Below, in pieces: positions 1 through 9,149 of a stretch of 64,000 bases of DNA (position 1 is its first letter; every line of letters begins with the position of its first letter). Position numbers and translations under genes: made by a program. The stretch covers positions 9,184,001 through 9,248,000 of the forward strand of contig JASGJH010000001.1 of the NCBI GenBank assembly GCA_047601445.1, in the 5' to 3' direction. Source of the DNA: Myxococcales bacterium. GTDB lineage: Bacteria; Myxococcota_A; Polyangia; Polyangiales; DASUME01. The notes under the pieces were generated by a model. The model did not search any database and was not told the origin of the DNA. It saw only the letters and a list, made by a program, of their open reading frames with translations.

Positions 1-168
1 GTTGGTGTCGCCATCGCCATCGCCAGCGTCCGTGGTCTCGCCAGCAGGGTCCTCGTCGTCGCCGCAGCCGAGGCTCGTGCCGAGGCCCAGCGTGAGCAGC
101 AACGAAAGGGCGAGACGGACGCTGTTGGCTCCGCGCTTTGATCGGCGGATTTCAAATTCTTGATTCAT
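1..168 (-). CDS. Lipoprotein, N-terminal part only (runs off the window)
   Basis: Own translation: MNQEFEIRRSKRGANSVRLALSLLLTLGLGTSLG-C-GDDEDPAGETTDAGDGDGDTN. Lipobox SLGC, AGGAG Shine-Dalgarno upstream, divergent from tonB. Not in the ORF track. Confidence 0.8.
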   Translation of the reverse strand, partial: MNQEFEIRRSKRGANSVRLALSLLLTLGLGTSLGCGDDEDPAGETTDAGDGDGDTN

Positions 169-247
169 CTGCTGTGCGCTCCTGAAACCGGGCCCATGCG
201 GGGGCGCAGGGCCAAAGTCGCGGAGAAATATGTCTCGAACTGGGCTG

Positions 248-264
248 TTGACAATCAATTTCAA
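248..264. promoter_or_regulatory. Fur-box-like inverted repeat TTGACAATCAATTTCAA overlapping a consensus -35 hexamer (TTGACA)
   Basis: AT-rich island between a lipoprotein gene and tonB; 15/17 identical to the reverse complement of the box at 5168-5184. Confidence 0.65.
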
Positions 265-342
265 TAAATTTATTGGTCGCCCAGCATTCTCTTCGAAATT
301 ACACAGCAATTCGGATTGCTGTCGAAGCGCTATGTTAGCTTG

Positions 343-357
343 AGGAAATCATTATCA
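343..357. promoter_or_regulatory. Second Fur-box-like site AGGAAATCATTATCA
   Basis: Reverse complement TGATAATGATTTCCT matches the Fur 7-1-7 consensus TGATAATnATTATCA over one full arm and part of the other. Confidence 0.6.
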
Positions 358-525
358 TCCATTGGTTTCGTTTTTCTATCGGAATGGCCGTTGACCAATC
401 CTGAGTAGACGCTGCCCGCAAGTGCGTCCCCGTGCGCAGGGGGGCGACCGGCTTGACCCACACTCGAGAGACGTGTAATCCACTCGCGAATTTCAGTATT
501 CAGTATCAAGGGCCTGCGCTGTCGA

Positions 526-1407
526 ATGGATCGCTCTCTGTCAGCCACCACGGACGACCGTTTGCTCTCTCCCAGCGTTGCTCCTGCGGAGCGCTCCTCG
601 CGCTCGCAGCTCGAGCCGACCCGCGGTGCCACGGCGCTCGGTGTCGTGTTCGCCTTCGGCATCCACATTGGCGTGATCGCGCTCTCGCCACGCGAAGCCG
701 CCCTGGCTGCGGTTCCGACAGCGCCCTGCGAGGTGGAGATCTTCGAGCCACCGCCGCCTGTGGTGCCCGAGCCGGAGCAGCCGCAGCCCGAGCCTGTCCA
801 CGCAGTGATGGTCGAGCGAGCGAAGCCCGTGGTGGTCCGAGAGGTTCCGAAGCAGGCTGAGCCCACGCCGCCACCCAAGGCCGCCGAGGAGCTTCCGCCG
901 CCAGCGGCCGCGCCTGCCGCTCCCGAGCCCATCGTCGAGAAGCCGAGCGAGCCGGCGCCTGCTCTGGTCGCAGCTGCGGACTCGGGCCCCAGCAATCACA
1001 TGCTCGTGCAGAGCGCCACGGGCGCTCTCGGAGGTCGCGGTACCGCCGGTGCTGGAGTGCCAGGTGGGACCGGGACCGGCGCCGTGGGTTCGAAGCAGGG
1101 AGTCATCGGCGGCACCGGCTTGGTCACCCCGCAGCCCATCACCTTGTCCCTCAAGGAGTGGAACTGCGGCTGGCCCGAGGACGCCGAGTACGAGGACTTC
1201 GACCAGCAGGTCGTGTCATTGCGCGTGGTGGTGAACGCCGACGGGCGGGTCGAAAAGGCCGACGTGCTCAAGGATCCTGGCTACGGCTTTGGCCGTGCCG
1301 CCCGTGACTGCGCCCTGCGACTGCGCGCCTTCGTGCCCGCCAAGGACACCAGCGGGCGCGCCATCAAGGCCGTGTCGGATCCCATCTCCGTGCGCTTCGT
1401 GCGCTGA
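526..1407 (+). CDS. tonB: TonB-family energy transducer
   Basis: N-terminal TM helix with His (FAFGIHIGV), Pro/Glu-rich linker, C-terminal TonB_C-like domain (WPEDA...VSLRVVVNADGRVEKADVLKDPGYGFGRAA). Confidence 0.85.
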   Translation: MDRSLSATTDDRLLSPSVAPAERSSRSQLEPTRGATALGVVFAFGIHIGVIALSPREAALAAVPTAPCEVEIFEPPPPVVPEPEQPQPEPVHAVMVERAKPVVVREVPKQAEPTPPPKAAEELPPPAAAPAAPEPIVEKPSEPAPALVAAADSGPSNHMLVQSATGALGGRGTAGAGVPGGTGTGAVGSKQGVIGGTGLVTPQPITLSLKEWNCGWPEDAEYEDFDQQVVSLRVVVNADGRVEKADVLKDPGYGFGRAARDCALRLRAFVPAKDTSGRAIKAVSDPISVRFVR

Positions 1408-1457
1408 GGTGCGTGGTGCGAGCGTGGCGGGCGTCCACGTCAGGGCGCGCGCCGCGC

Positions 1458-2861
1458 TCAGCGTACTTCGAGGTGCGGCTCGGTGATGAACAACGGCCCG
1501 GGCACGCTATCGAAGGTCAGCTTCTCCGCGCTCCCGATCTGAGTGCTGCGCAGGGCCACGAGCGCGGGGGTAGCCGACGTCAGGTCGGCCGCTGCGATGC
1601 GGTAGAGCGAGTTCATGCCGCCGGGCATCCACAGGTTACCGGCCTCGTCGAGCGCCAGATCCGTCACCAGGGCCTCCACTCCGACCTTGATGTGTGTGGT
1701 GGGGACGAACGGCATGTTTTCGGGCTTGCTCGTGGTGAGATCGGCGGGCGTGAAGCGCACCAGGTCGTTGCCCGTGAAGTAACCCACCCAGAGGTTTCCG
1801 TCCTTGTCGAAGACCAGGCCCTCGGGGCTGCCAAGTCCGATCATCACGGGTCCAGGCTGCTGGGCGTAGATGACGATATCAGCCGCTTGCTCGGCGATGT
1901 TGGCGCTCAAGCGCGCGGCGTTGAAGCGCACGATGGCGCCCGAAGATTCGCCCACCCACAGGTTGCCCGCGGCGTCGAAGGCCAGGCCGTTCGGGGTCTC
2001 GAAGCTGGGGCTAGTGATGCGAACGGAGGCGGTCGGTTGTCCGGACGCGTTCAGGCTGGCCGGCTCGAACTTGGCGATGGAGTCGAGCAACGCCACCCAG
2101 ACCGCACCCTTCGCGTCGAACGCGATGGCATGGGCGCCACAAGGGATCGTCGGGCCACACAGGGCATCGCCATCGAGCACGATGTCGGGCGGGTTGGTCG
2201 AAGCGGTCCCGAGGCGCGCGGTGTTGAAGCCCACCAGGCCGCCGTGCACCGAACCTACCCAAAGCCTACCCAGACCGTCGATGCGCAGCGGGCCCACGGT
2301 GGTCAAGCCAGTTTGGAGCCCGACCACGGGAGTCTGCATCCCAGCCGCCATGGCCTGACTCTCGTCGAACGCCAGCACCTGCGCGCCGTCGCCGTTCGAT
2401 TGGGTCAACCACACGTGGGCGCTGCCCGGTTCGAGCGTGTACGTGACGGCCAATGTTGCGGCCTCGTCGGCGCGCACGCAGACCACGTCGGACGCGCTGC
2501 TGCTCGGCTGATAGGCCTTGCCGATGAGCGTGCCGGCCCTGTGGACGCGGTAGGCATCGAGTCCGTAGAGTCCCGTGGGCACGCTGAGGGTAGTGCTCGC
2601 GGTGATGGGATCACCGACCTCAGCGCCCTTGGCGTCGATCAAGCGCACATCGGCGAGCACGCCGGCTTCGATGGCCACGTTGATCGCCAGCATGCCGGTG
2701 CCACCCGTGGGGCAAGCATTTGCCTGGCCGCTGTCCGTGCCGGCATCGTCGCCGGTCTCGGGGCCGTCCATGGGATCTTCACTGTCCCCGTTGCATCCCC
2801 ACAGCGCGACCGCCGAAAGTGCGACGACCAGGGAAAAACCACGACGTCCTCTTGCGCTCAT
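1458..2861 (-). CDS. Lipoprotein with beta-propeller repeats (NHL/Vgb-like)
   Basis: Start reassigned to ATG 2861 (MSARGRRGFSLVVALSAVALWG-C). Repeated (L/I)AFDxxGNLWV blades. Confidence 0.8.
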   Translation of the reverse strand: MSARGRRGFSLVVALSAVALWGCNGDSEDPMDGPETGDDAGTDSGQANACPTGGTGMLAINVAIEAGVLADVRLIDAKGAEVGDPITASTTLSVPTGLYGLDAYRVHRAGTLIGKAYQPSSSASDVVCVRADEAATLAVTYTLEPGSAHVWLTQSNGDGAQVLAFDESQAMAAGMQTPVVGLQTGLTTVGPLRIDGLGRLWVGSVHGGLVGFNTARLGTASTNPPDIVLDGDALCGPTIPCGAHAIAFDAKGAVWVALLDSIAKFEPASLNASGQPTASVRITSPSFETPNGLAFDAAGNLWVGESSGAIVRFNAARLSANIAEQAADIVIYAQQPGPVMIGLGSPEGLVFDKDGNLWVGYFTGNDLVRFTPADLTTSKPENMPFVPTTHIKVGVEALVTDLALDEAGNLWMPGGMNSLYRIAAADLTSATPALVALRSTQIGSAEKLTFDSVPGPLFITEPHLEVR

Positions 2862-3038
2862 GCTCTGCACCTCGTGCGGCATACTACGGTGCAATGCTCG
2901 CGAGCCTTCACAAAAGGTAAGCTCGTCCACGCAAGTAGGGAGCATGCTGTCGCACACCGGAGCCGCGCGCGTGGTTGCCGGGGCCGTCACGCAGGTGCGC
3001 GAAATACCCGCGAAAATGTGGCCGCTTGCGCGCCCGCT

Positions 3039-3947
3039 TCAGTTCGTGCCGGCGTCGCTACGCTGTCGCGGCGTGTCGCCCACGGTGACGCGCAGGTTGT
3101 CGATGGCCCACGACTCATCGTCCAACGCTTGGTTTCCCGTGCCTTCGAGCGTGAACGTGATGACCGCGCTGCTGGCCGTGTGCGGCCAATCCTGAAAACG
3201 CGGTTCCAGGCTGAAGTCGTAGGCGCTGTCCGTGTAGTAGCTACCGGGTCCGGAGAAGCCCAAGTCCATGCGGCGTACGAGCACCACGCCGTCGGGCGGC
3301 GGCGGCGTGTCGTAGCTCTGAACCTGCGACTCGAGCGCATTGGCGAAGAACTCGCGGAACACGTTGGCCCCGTCGAGCGTGACCCGAAAGTAATCGTCCG
3401 AGGGGGGGCTGCCGATGCCGTCCAGAGAGTCGATGGCGGCGAACAAGAAGTAGATCGAGAGCGAGGTATGCGGAGGCAGGTTGGTCAGCGTCAGCGTGAC
3501 GACGTTTCCCGTGGCGCTGCGCAAGAACTGAGCGCCGAACGTGTTACCTGGATGGCCGACGGACGCATAGAGCTGAGTAGGCGTTAGCAGACCGTCGCCT
3601 GGATCGAGCTCGGACGGTAGCGTGTTGCCTTCGAAGTCCAGGCTCAACACCGCGACCTGCTCGGCGGCAGCGTCGCCCGCATCGTTGGTCTGCGCGTCGT
3701 TCCCGCTGGCGTCGGTACCGCCGTCCAGGCTCGCGTCCGTCGCGCCCACGTCGGCGTCCAACCCTGCGTCCATTGGGTCGGGCGCGTCGCCTGCGTCCAT
3801 GCGGACTTCCTCGTCGCCGTCATCGAGGGAGGCGTCGCGCTCGGGGCCGCCGTCGATCTCATAGAACTCGTCGTCGTTGGAGCCAGAACATGCGGCGCCA
3901 AAGGCGCACACAGCGAGGAGCAGCAGGGGACTACGCATGGACCCCAT
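3039..3947 (-). CDS. Lipoprotein with acidic DAG linker and C-terminal beta-sandwich-like domain, function unknown
   Basis: Lipobox GAA-C, Asp-rich linker, terminal DESWAIDNLRV motif; start may be ATG 3938. Confidence 0.75.
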   Translation of the reverse strand: MGSMRSPLLLLAVCAFGAACSGSNDDEFYEIDGGPERDASLDDGDEEVRMDAGDAPDPMDAGLDADVGATDASLDGGTDASGNDAQTNDAGDAAAEQVAVLSLDFEGNTLPSELDPGDGLLTPTQLYASVGHPGNTFGAQFLRSATGNVVTLTLTNLPPHTSLSIYFLFAAIDSLDGIGSPPSDDYFRVTLDGANVFREFFANALESQVQSYDTPPPPDGVVLVRRMDLGFSGPGSYYTDSAYDFSLEPRFQDWPHTASSAVITFTLEGTGNQALDDESWAIDNLRVTVGDTPRQRSDAGTN

Positions 3948-3962
3948 CGTTTTTCGAAACGC

Positions 3963-5144
3963 TCACGGAAGCAACGAGTCTTTGCCCGACACCTGTGAGG
4001 ACACGATGGGGTCCTTCACGGCGTCTGACCATGGAAGGACGGGCCACCAGCGTGCGATGGGCGGGGAGGTGTCAGGCTCGACGCTTTGGCCAGGCTTGGG
4101 CGTCAGGACCCGCGTCCCCGTCCGTCCGGCCTCCGCCAGCACGCGCTCCACGGGCTCGGTCCAGCCGTGATAGGCCAGCTGCAAGAGCCCCCAGTGCACC
4201 GGGATCATCGTGCGTCCACGCACCATGCGGTGGGCGGTCACGGCTTGCTCGGGGCCCACGTGCCAGTCCGGCCAGGTCCGGTTGTACTGGCCCGATTCGA
4301 TCATGGTGACGTCGAAGGGGCCGAAGCGTTCGCCGATGTCGCGGAGCGCAGGAAAGAGTCCGGTGTCGCCCGAGTAATAGGCGCGGTGGCGCCGACCGAT
4401 CAGCGCGTAGCCGCCCCACAGGTTGTGATCGCGATCGAGCAGCGTTCGGCCCGATGCGTGGCGCGCAGGCGTGAGCACGATCTCGAGGCCTCGCACGCGC
4501 GTGCTCTCCCACCAGTCGAGTTCCGTGATGCGTTCGGCTTGGATGCCCCAGGCTTCGAGATCGGCGCCGATGCCGAGCGGCACGACGAAGCGCACCTTCC
4601 AGTCGCGCATCGCGCGCAGCGTCTTGTAGTCGAGGTGGTCGTAGTGATCGTGCGAGATCACTACCGCATCGAGGCCGGGGAGATCCCCCAGCGCGAGCGG
4701 CGGTTCGAACCAGCGGCTCGGTCCCACGAAGTTCAGCGGCGAGGAGTGCGTGCTCCACATCGGATCGGTCAGCACGCGGTGACCGTCGATCTCCACCAGG
4801 ATCGACGAGTGCCCGAACCAGGTGACGCGCAAGCCCGAGGCGGGCGCCTTGTAGAAGCGTTGGCGGTCCACGGGCTCGACTGGGAGCACACCTTCGGGGC
4901 TCGCCACCGGGCTCGCGTCGAACAGACCCGACAACATCCCGCCGATGTCGTTGATGATGGGCTGCGGGTTCTCGAAATGGCCGTCGTGCCACTGGGGAGA
5001 GTGCTCCATGCGTGCGAGTCGCTCGCCGGAAGCGCGCTGGCCCATGGCAGGCCAGGCCAACGCCAGCAGCACGAGCGCCACGCCGAGCAGGGGCAGGCCA
5101 ATCCAGAGCGTGAGGCGGGTCCAGCGACGAGGGGAGGGGGCCAT
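3963..5144 (-). CDS. MBL-fold metallo-hydrolase (RomA/NAPE-PLD-like) with N-terminal TM anchor
   Basis: TWFGHSS, SHDHYDHLD, PARHASGR, SGDTG, PVHWG motifs. Confidence 0.9.
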   Translation of the reverse strand: MAPSPRRWTRLTLWIGLPLLGVALVLLALAWPAMGQRASGERLARMEHSPQWHDGHFENPQPIINDIGGMLSGLFDASPVASPEGVLPVEPVDRQRFYKAPASGLRVTWFGHSSILVEIDGHRVLTDPMWSTHSSPLNFVGPSRWFEPPLALGDLPGLDAVVISHDHYDHLDYKTLRAMRDWKVRFVVPLGIGADLEAWGIQAERITELDWWESTRVRGLEIVLTPARHASGRTLLDRDHNLWGGYALIGRRHRAYYSGDTGLFPALRDIGERFGPFDVTMIESGQYNRTWPDWHVGPEQAVTAHRMVRGRTMIPVHWGLLQLAYHGWTEPVERVLAEAGRTGTRVLTPKPGQSVEPDTSPPIARWWPVLPWSDAVKDPIVSSQVSGKDSLLP

Positions 5145-5167
5145 GGGAGAGTCACTTTGGGTTGGAG

Positions 5168-5196
5168 TTGAATTTGATTATCAAGTGCTGTAGTCT
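5168..5196 (+). promoter_or_regulatory. Sigma70-type promoter (TTGAAT-17 bp-TAGTCT) overlapped by Fur-like box TTGAATTTGATTATCAA (5168-5184)
   Basis: Exact 17-bp spacer; ATG 5204 lies 7 nt after the -10; directly upstream of a siderophore-interacting protein gene. Confidence 0.7.
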
Positions 5197-5203
5197 GCTG
5201 GCT

Positions 5204-5917
5204 ATGGCGTCAGGCAAGGCATTTTTGGGCGAGCTGTTCGGGAAATTGTTCTTTCGACAGGCGCAGATCGTCGCACTTTCGGAGCCTGGCCCGTTTCGCC
5301 GGATGACGCTCGAGGGCGTGCAGCTGAGAGACGTCGCGTGGACGCCCGGGGACAAGGTCCAGGTCTTCCTGCCCGCCCACGGGATGCGAACCTACACGCC
5401 GTTGTCGTGGGATCCCAAGCGAGGCGTAACGGAACTTCTGGTTTTCCTGCACGGTGACTCGCCAGGGGCGCTCTGGGGACGCAAGGCCCAGGTGGGTGAC
5501 GCGGTGCAGTTCTTCGGGCCTCGCCGTTCCATCGACGCCGACGCCTTGCCCGCGCGGGTCGTGTTGTTCGGGGACGAGACCTCGTTCGCCGTGGCCAGCG
5601 CACTTCGCACCAAGCTCGGAGCGGACCAGCTCGCGTGCGTCTTCGAGGTGACGCCGGAGCACGCCGCCCAGCCCGTGCTCTCGGCGTTGCAGCTCGAGGC
5701 GAGCGTGACGGTGGCGAAGCGCTCGGACGACTCGCACCTCGGCGACGTACACGGCAGGCTGGCCGAGCTCACCGCCCGCGCGGCCGGAGCGCAGCTGGTG
5801 ATGACGGGCAGGGCCGCGGCCATCCAGGCGCTGCGGGCGCGCATGAAGCGCGATGGAGGGACGCGCGTAGCGGCTTCCAAGGCCTATTGGGCTCTGGGCA
5901 AGCGCGGGCTCGATTGA
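5204..5917 (+). CDS. Siderophore-interacting protein (ViuB/YqjH-like FAD-binding ferric reductase)
   Basis: RTYT, HGDSPG, FGDETS and terminal YW motifs; start reassigned from TTG 5162 to ATG 5204. Confidence 0.85.
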   Translation: MASGKAFLGELFGKLFFRQAQIVALSEPGPFRRMTLEGVQLRDVAWTPGDKVQVFLPAHGMRTYTPLSWDPKRGVTELLVFLHGDSPGALWGRKAQVGDAVQFFGPRRSIDADALPARVVLFGDETSFAVASALRTKLGADQLACVFEVTPEHAAQPVLSALQLEASVTVAKRSDDSHLGDVHGRLAELTARAAGAQLVMTGRAAAIQALRARMKRDGGTRVAASKAYWALGKRGLD

Positions 5918-6210
5918 GCCGACTCACGCTGGCCTCAGGTCGACCACACACCATAGAGGAAGGCCTCGAAACCCAGCGCCTTGTTTGTCCCACTCCCCCG
6001 AGGGAACAGCGGCACCAAGGGTTTCGACCTTCCAGAGCGCCGACGATGCGGGAAAGAGATGTTCTTGTCCAGTTCAAATGCATCAGTACAGGGCTTCCGA
6101 GCTCACGGCTAGTAGCCAAACTGTTCCTGCCTGCGGTACGCGGGCGACCTCGCGTGCCTCCAAGGTCACTCGAAATCGCAGCTCCGCTCAGCTGCTAGGC
6201 TGCCGCCCCC

Positions 6211-7443
6211 GTGGATCTCGAACCACTTCGTCGTCGCGATTTCCGTTTGTTGTACCTGGGGCAGTTCGTGAGCTCCTTCGGGTCCATGATGAGCCACGTG
6301 GCGCTGCCGTACGTGCTGTACCAGTCCACCAAGTCCACCATACTGACCGGCCTCCTGGGTGTGATTCAGCTGGTGCCCACGGTGTTCGGAGGCCTGTTCG
6401 GCGGGGCGCTCGCGGACGCCGTCGATCGACGCAAGTTGATCGTGTTGTCGGAGCTGGGGATGGCGCTGATCGTGCTCGCGCTGGGCATCTCGGTGACGCT
6501 CCTCAAGCCGGGCTATCCGCATCCCATGTGGCTACTGGCCGCAGCCTTCACGCTCTCGACGTTGAGCGCGTTCCATCGCCCCGCACTCGAGGCGCTCACG
6601 CCGCGTCTGGTGGAGAAGGAGCTCATCCCGTCAGTGTCGGTGCTGTCGTCGCTGCGCGGCAACGTGGCGATGATCGGCGGGCCTGCGGTGGCCGGCATCC
6701 TGATCAGCTCGGGCGGGGCGGACTACGCGTTCTACCTGGACTTCGTGTCGTTCGCGGTGTGCGTGGTGGCGGTGCTGTTGATCTCGCAGGTGCCGCGCCT
6801 CGAGAGCCCGCCGCCGTTTTCCATGGCCTCGGTGTTGGAGGGGTTCCAGTACGCGCTCAAGCGTCAGGACCTGATCGGCACCTACGTGGTCGACATCATC
6901 GCGATGACCTTCTCCATGCCCAACTTGTTGTTCCCCGCCGTGGCAGACAGCCTGGGCGGTAGTCAGTATCTGGGTTGGTTGCATTCGGGCATCTCGATGG
7001 GCGCGCTGCTCGCCACCTTGAGTTCCCGCTGGCTCCTGCGCACGCGCCACCACGGCCTGATGATCTTGCTGGCGGCGGGCGCGTGGTCGGCCTGCATGGT
7101 GGGCTTCGGACTTTCGCGCACGTTCCCGCTGGCCTTCGCCTTCCTCTTCCTGGCGGGCTTCGCCGACATGGTGAGCGCGGTGTTTCGGCAGACCATCTGG
7201 AACCAGACGATTCCCGACGAGCTGCGCGGGCGCTTGGCTGGCATCGAGATGATCTCCTATGTCACCGGGCCCTTACTCGGGAACACGCAGCTCGGGTTCA
7301 TGGCTAGCGTGGTGGGGATTCAACGCGCCATCACGTTGTCCAGCCTGGTGGGGTTAGGCGGCGTGTGCGCGTGTGCGGGCCTGCTGCCGCGCTTTCGTCG
7401 CTACCTGGCCGAGCCGCACGGGAATCAGGGCTCGCCTCCTTGA
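6211..7443 (+). CDS. MFS transporter, EntS/YbdA-like (DHA3)
   Basis: DLEPLRRRDFRLLYLGQ start, GALADAVDRRKL motif A, PDELRGR, about 12 hydrophobic segments. Confidence 0.85.
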   Translation: MDLEPLRRRDFRLLYLGQFVSSFGSMMSHVALPYVLYQSTKSTILTGLLGVIQLVPTVFGGLFGGALADAVDRRKLIVLSELGMALIVLALGISVTLLKPGYPHPMWLLAAAFTLSTLSAFHRPALEALTPRLVEKELIPSVSVLSSLRGNVAMIGGPAVAGILISSGGADYAFYLDFVSFAVCVVAVLLISQVPRLESPPPFSMASVLEGFQYALKRQDLIGTYVVDIIAMTFSMPNLLFPAVADSLGGSQYLGWLHSGISMGALLATLSSRWLLRTRHHGLMILLAAGAWSACMVGFGLSRTFPLAFAFLFLAGFADMVSAVFRQTIWNQTIPDELRGRLAGIEMISYVTGPLLGNTQLGFMASVVGIQRAITLSSLVGLGGVCACAGLLPRFRRYLAEPHGNQGSPP

Positions 7444-7557
7444 ACGCGGAGGGGGAGCCCCGCGAAACTCGGAGGCGAACCCATCCCCCCGCGTCTTGAT
7501 GCGGGGAGTGCGAGAATCCTTGGCGAGCTTCGTAGGAATGTGCGATCGGGCGTCTTG

Positions 7558-8556
7558 TTAAGGCGTCGGGTGTTGTTCGAGCGCCTGTTTGACCTTGTCG
7601 CGGTAGGGGCTGGTGGCGAAGTCGCGTAGGAAGAACTGAGCGCGCGCGCGTCCTTCGCTGGTGCGCCCGCAGGCGAAGAGCGCCATGACCTCGATGTAGG
7701 CGCGCTCGTGTCGCAGGTAGCCCCGCTTGAACTGCTGGTTGCCCTTGCGCACGAGGGTCACGGCGGCCGCAGGGTTGCTGTTGAGGAGCTGCTCGGCCTG
7801 GGCGAGCTGGAGCACCTCTTCACGATCGAGGGGACCCTGGGCATCGACCTCGGCGGTGCCGTTGTTGGACCCAGACAGATGCACGCCCGGCTGGCTGCCG
7901 GCGCGGGCACGTCGGCCAGCCTTGGAACGCGCTGCCTTGGCAGAGAGCGTGCGCTCCGCGCTGGAGTGGCCGGCAGAGTTGGCGGCGGACACTTCGGGGG
8001 CCTGTGTCAGGGACGAGGGGGCGGGCACGTCTTGCGGTATGGCGGCGCGGCCACCTGAAGGGATCACGATTGGGTCCACCTCGGTCGGTTCGGCCGTCCC
8101 GGGCACGAGGGGGGCAGCGCTGGCCACGAGGGGCGGCGCACTAGTGGGCTCGTTTGCGCCAGGGACCGGGGCCGCCCCGAGTGCTGCGCGTCCGCGTGAG
8201 GCGCTCGGACCCCGGGCTGCGCCTGCACGCGAGGCTGAGCTCGCAGGGGCACTCCCGACGCCACTTGGACTCTGCGCCTCAGGTACCGTGATCGACCTCT
8301 GCATGTGTTCGACGCCCCAGGTGGCCAGTGCGCCGAGCAGGAAGCCCGCACCTAGCCATGCGCCCCAGCGCCGCAGGAAGCCGCGCTGAGTCTGGCCCGG
8401 AAGATCCGCGGCCCACTCGGGCAGCGTGGCTCCCTTGGCCAGCAGCTGCTGGTGTCGCGCGTAGCCCTGCGCCACGTCGTAGTGCACGGGGGACTCGGCT
8501 TGCCGCAGGAGGTCCTGCAACGAGTCTCGCGATTCGGGGCGCTGTGCGGAAGCCAT
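7558..8556 (-). CDS. Putative anti-sigma-like membrane protein (one TM, Pro/Ala linker, C-terminal TPR-like helices)
   Basis: TGATG coupling to the ECF sigma gene; WGAWLGAGFLLGALATWGV TM; ERAYIEVMALFACGRTSEGRARAQFFLRDFATSPY. Confidence 0.65.
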   Translation of the reverse strand: MASAQRPESRDSLQDLLRQAESPVHYDVAQGYARHQQLLAKGATLPEWAADLPGQTQRGFLRRWGAWLGAGFLLGALATWGVEHMQRSITVPEAQSPSGVGSAPASSASRAGAARGPSASRGRAALGAAPVPGANEPTSAPPLVASAAPLVPGTAEPTEVDPIVIPSGGRAAIPQDVPAPSSLTQAPEVSAANSAGHSSAERTLSAKAARSKAGRRARAGSQPGVHLSGSNNGTAEVDAQGPLDREEVLQLAQAEQLLNSNPAAAVTLVRKGNQQFKRGYLRHERAYIEVMALFACGRTSEGRARAQFFLRDFATSPYRDKVKQALEQHPTP

Positions 8557-9149
8557 CAGGGCACCTCGTTCTGCTCGCGCGCAGAGCGCGGTCCCGAGAG
8601 CCTGCTGCCGACGCGAATCTCGCGTCCTTCGCCGCGCCGTTCGAGCTCCTGACGCAGCAACTTACGGGCCTTGTTCAGGCGCCAGTATACGGTCCCCACC
8701 GGCGAGCCCATGGCCTCCGCCACCGCGCCGCAGCTTTCGCCCTCTTGCTCCACCAGGAGCAGCGTCGCGCTCAGCACCGGATCCAAGCTCGCCAGTGCCT
8801 CGTTGAGCGCGCGCGAGGACTCACTCACCTGCAGCGTTCGCACGGGACTCTGCTCCTCATCGGACAACTCGTCGGGGGATACGGCGGAGGAACGCACCTT
8901 GCTGGTGCTGCGTCGCCGCCGATAGCTGAGCGCTGCACGCGTGGCGATGGCCCCGAGATAGCTCGTGGGCTTGGCCGGACCGGCCACATATCCTCCGCGC
9001 GCGTGCACCACGAGGAACACTTCCTGGAGTACGTCATCGAGGTCCTCCTGGGCCACGCCGAGGCGCGCGAGAAAACTGGCCACGAAGTCAGCATGCCGTC
9101 GAAACAGCGCCTCCGTGCTCAGCCGCTGTGGCTCGTCGGGTGCGCTCAC
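8556..9149 (-). CDS. ECF RNA polymerase sigma factor
   Basis: Region 2 (DLDDVLQEVFL...SYLGAIA) and region 4 (VAEAMGSPVGTVYWRLNKARKLL). Confidence 0.9.
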   Translation of the reverse strand: MSAPDEPQRLSTEALFRRHADFVASFLARLGVAQEDLDDVLQEVFLVVHARGGYVAGPAKPTSYLGAIATRAALSYRRRRSTSKVRSSAVSPDELSDEEQSPVRTLQVSESSRALNEALASLDPVLSATLLLVEQEGESCGAVAEAMGSPVGTVYWRLNKARKLLRQELERRGEGREIRVGSRLSGPRSAREQNEVP

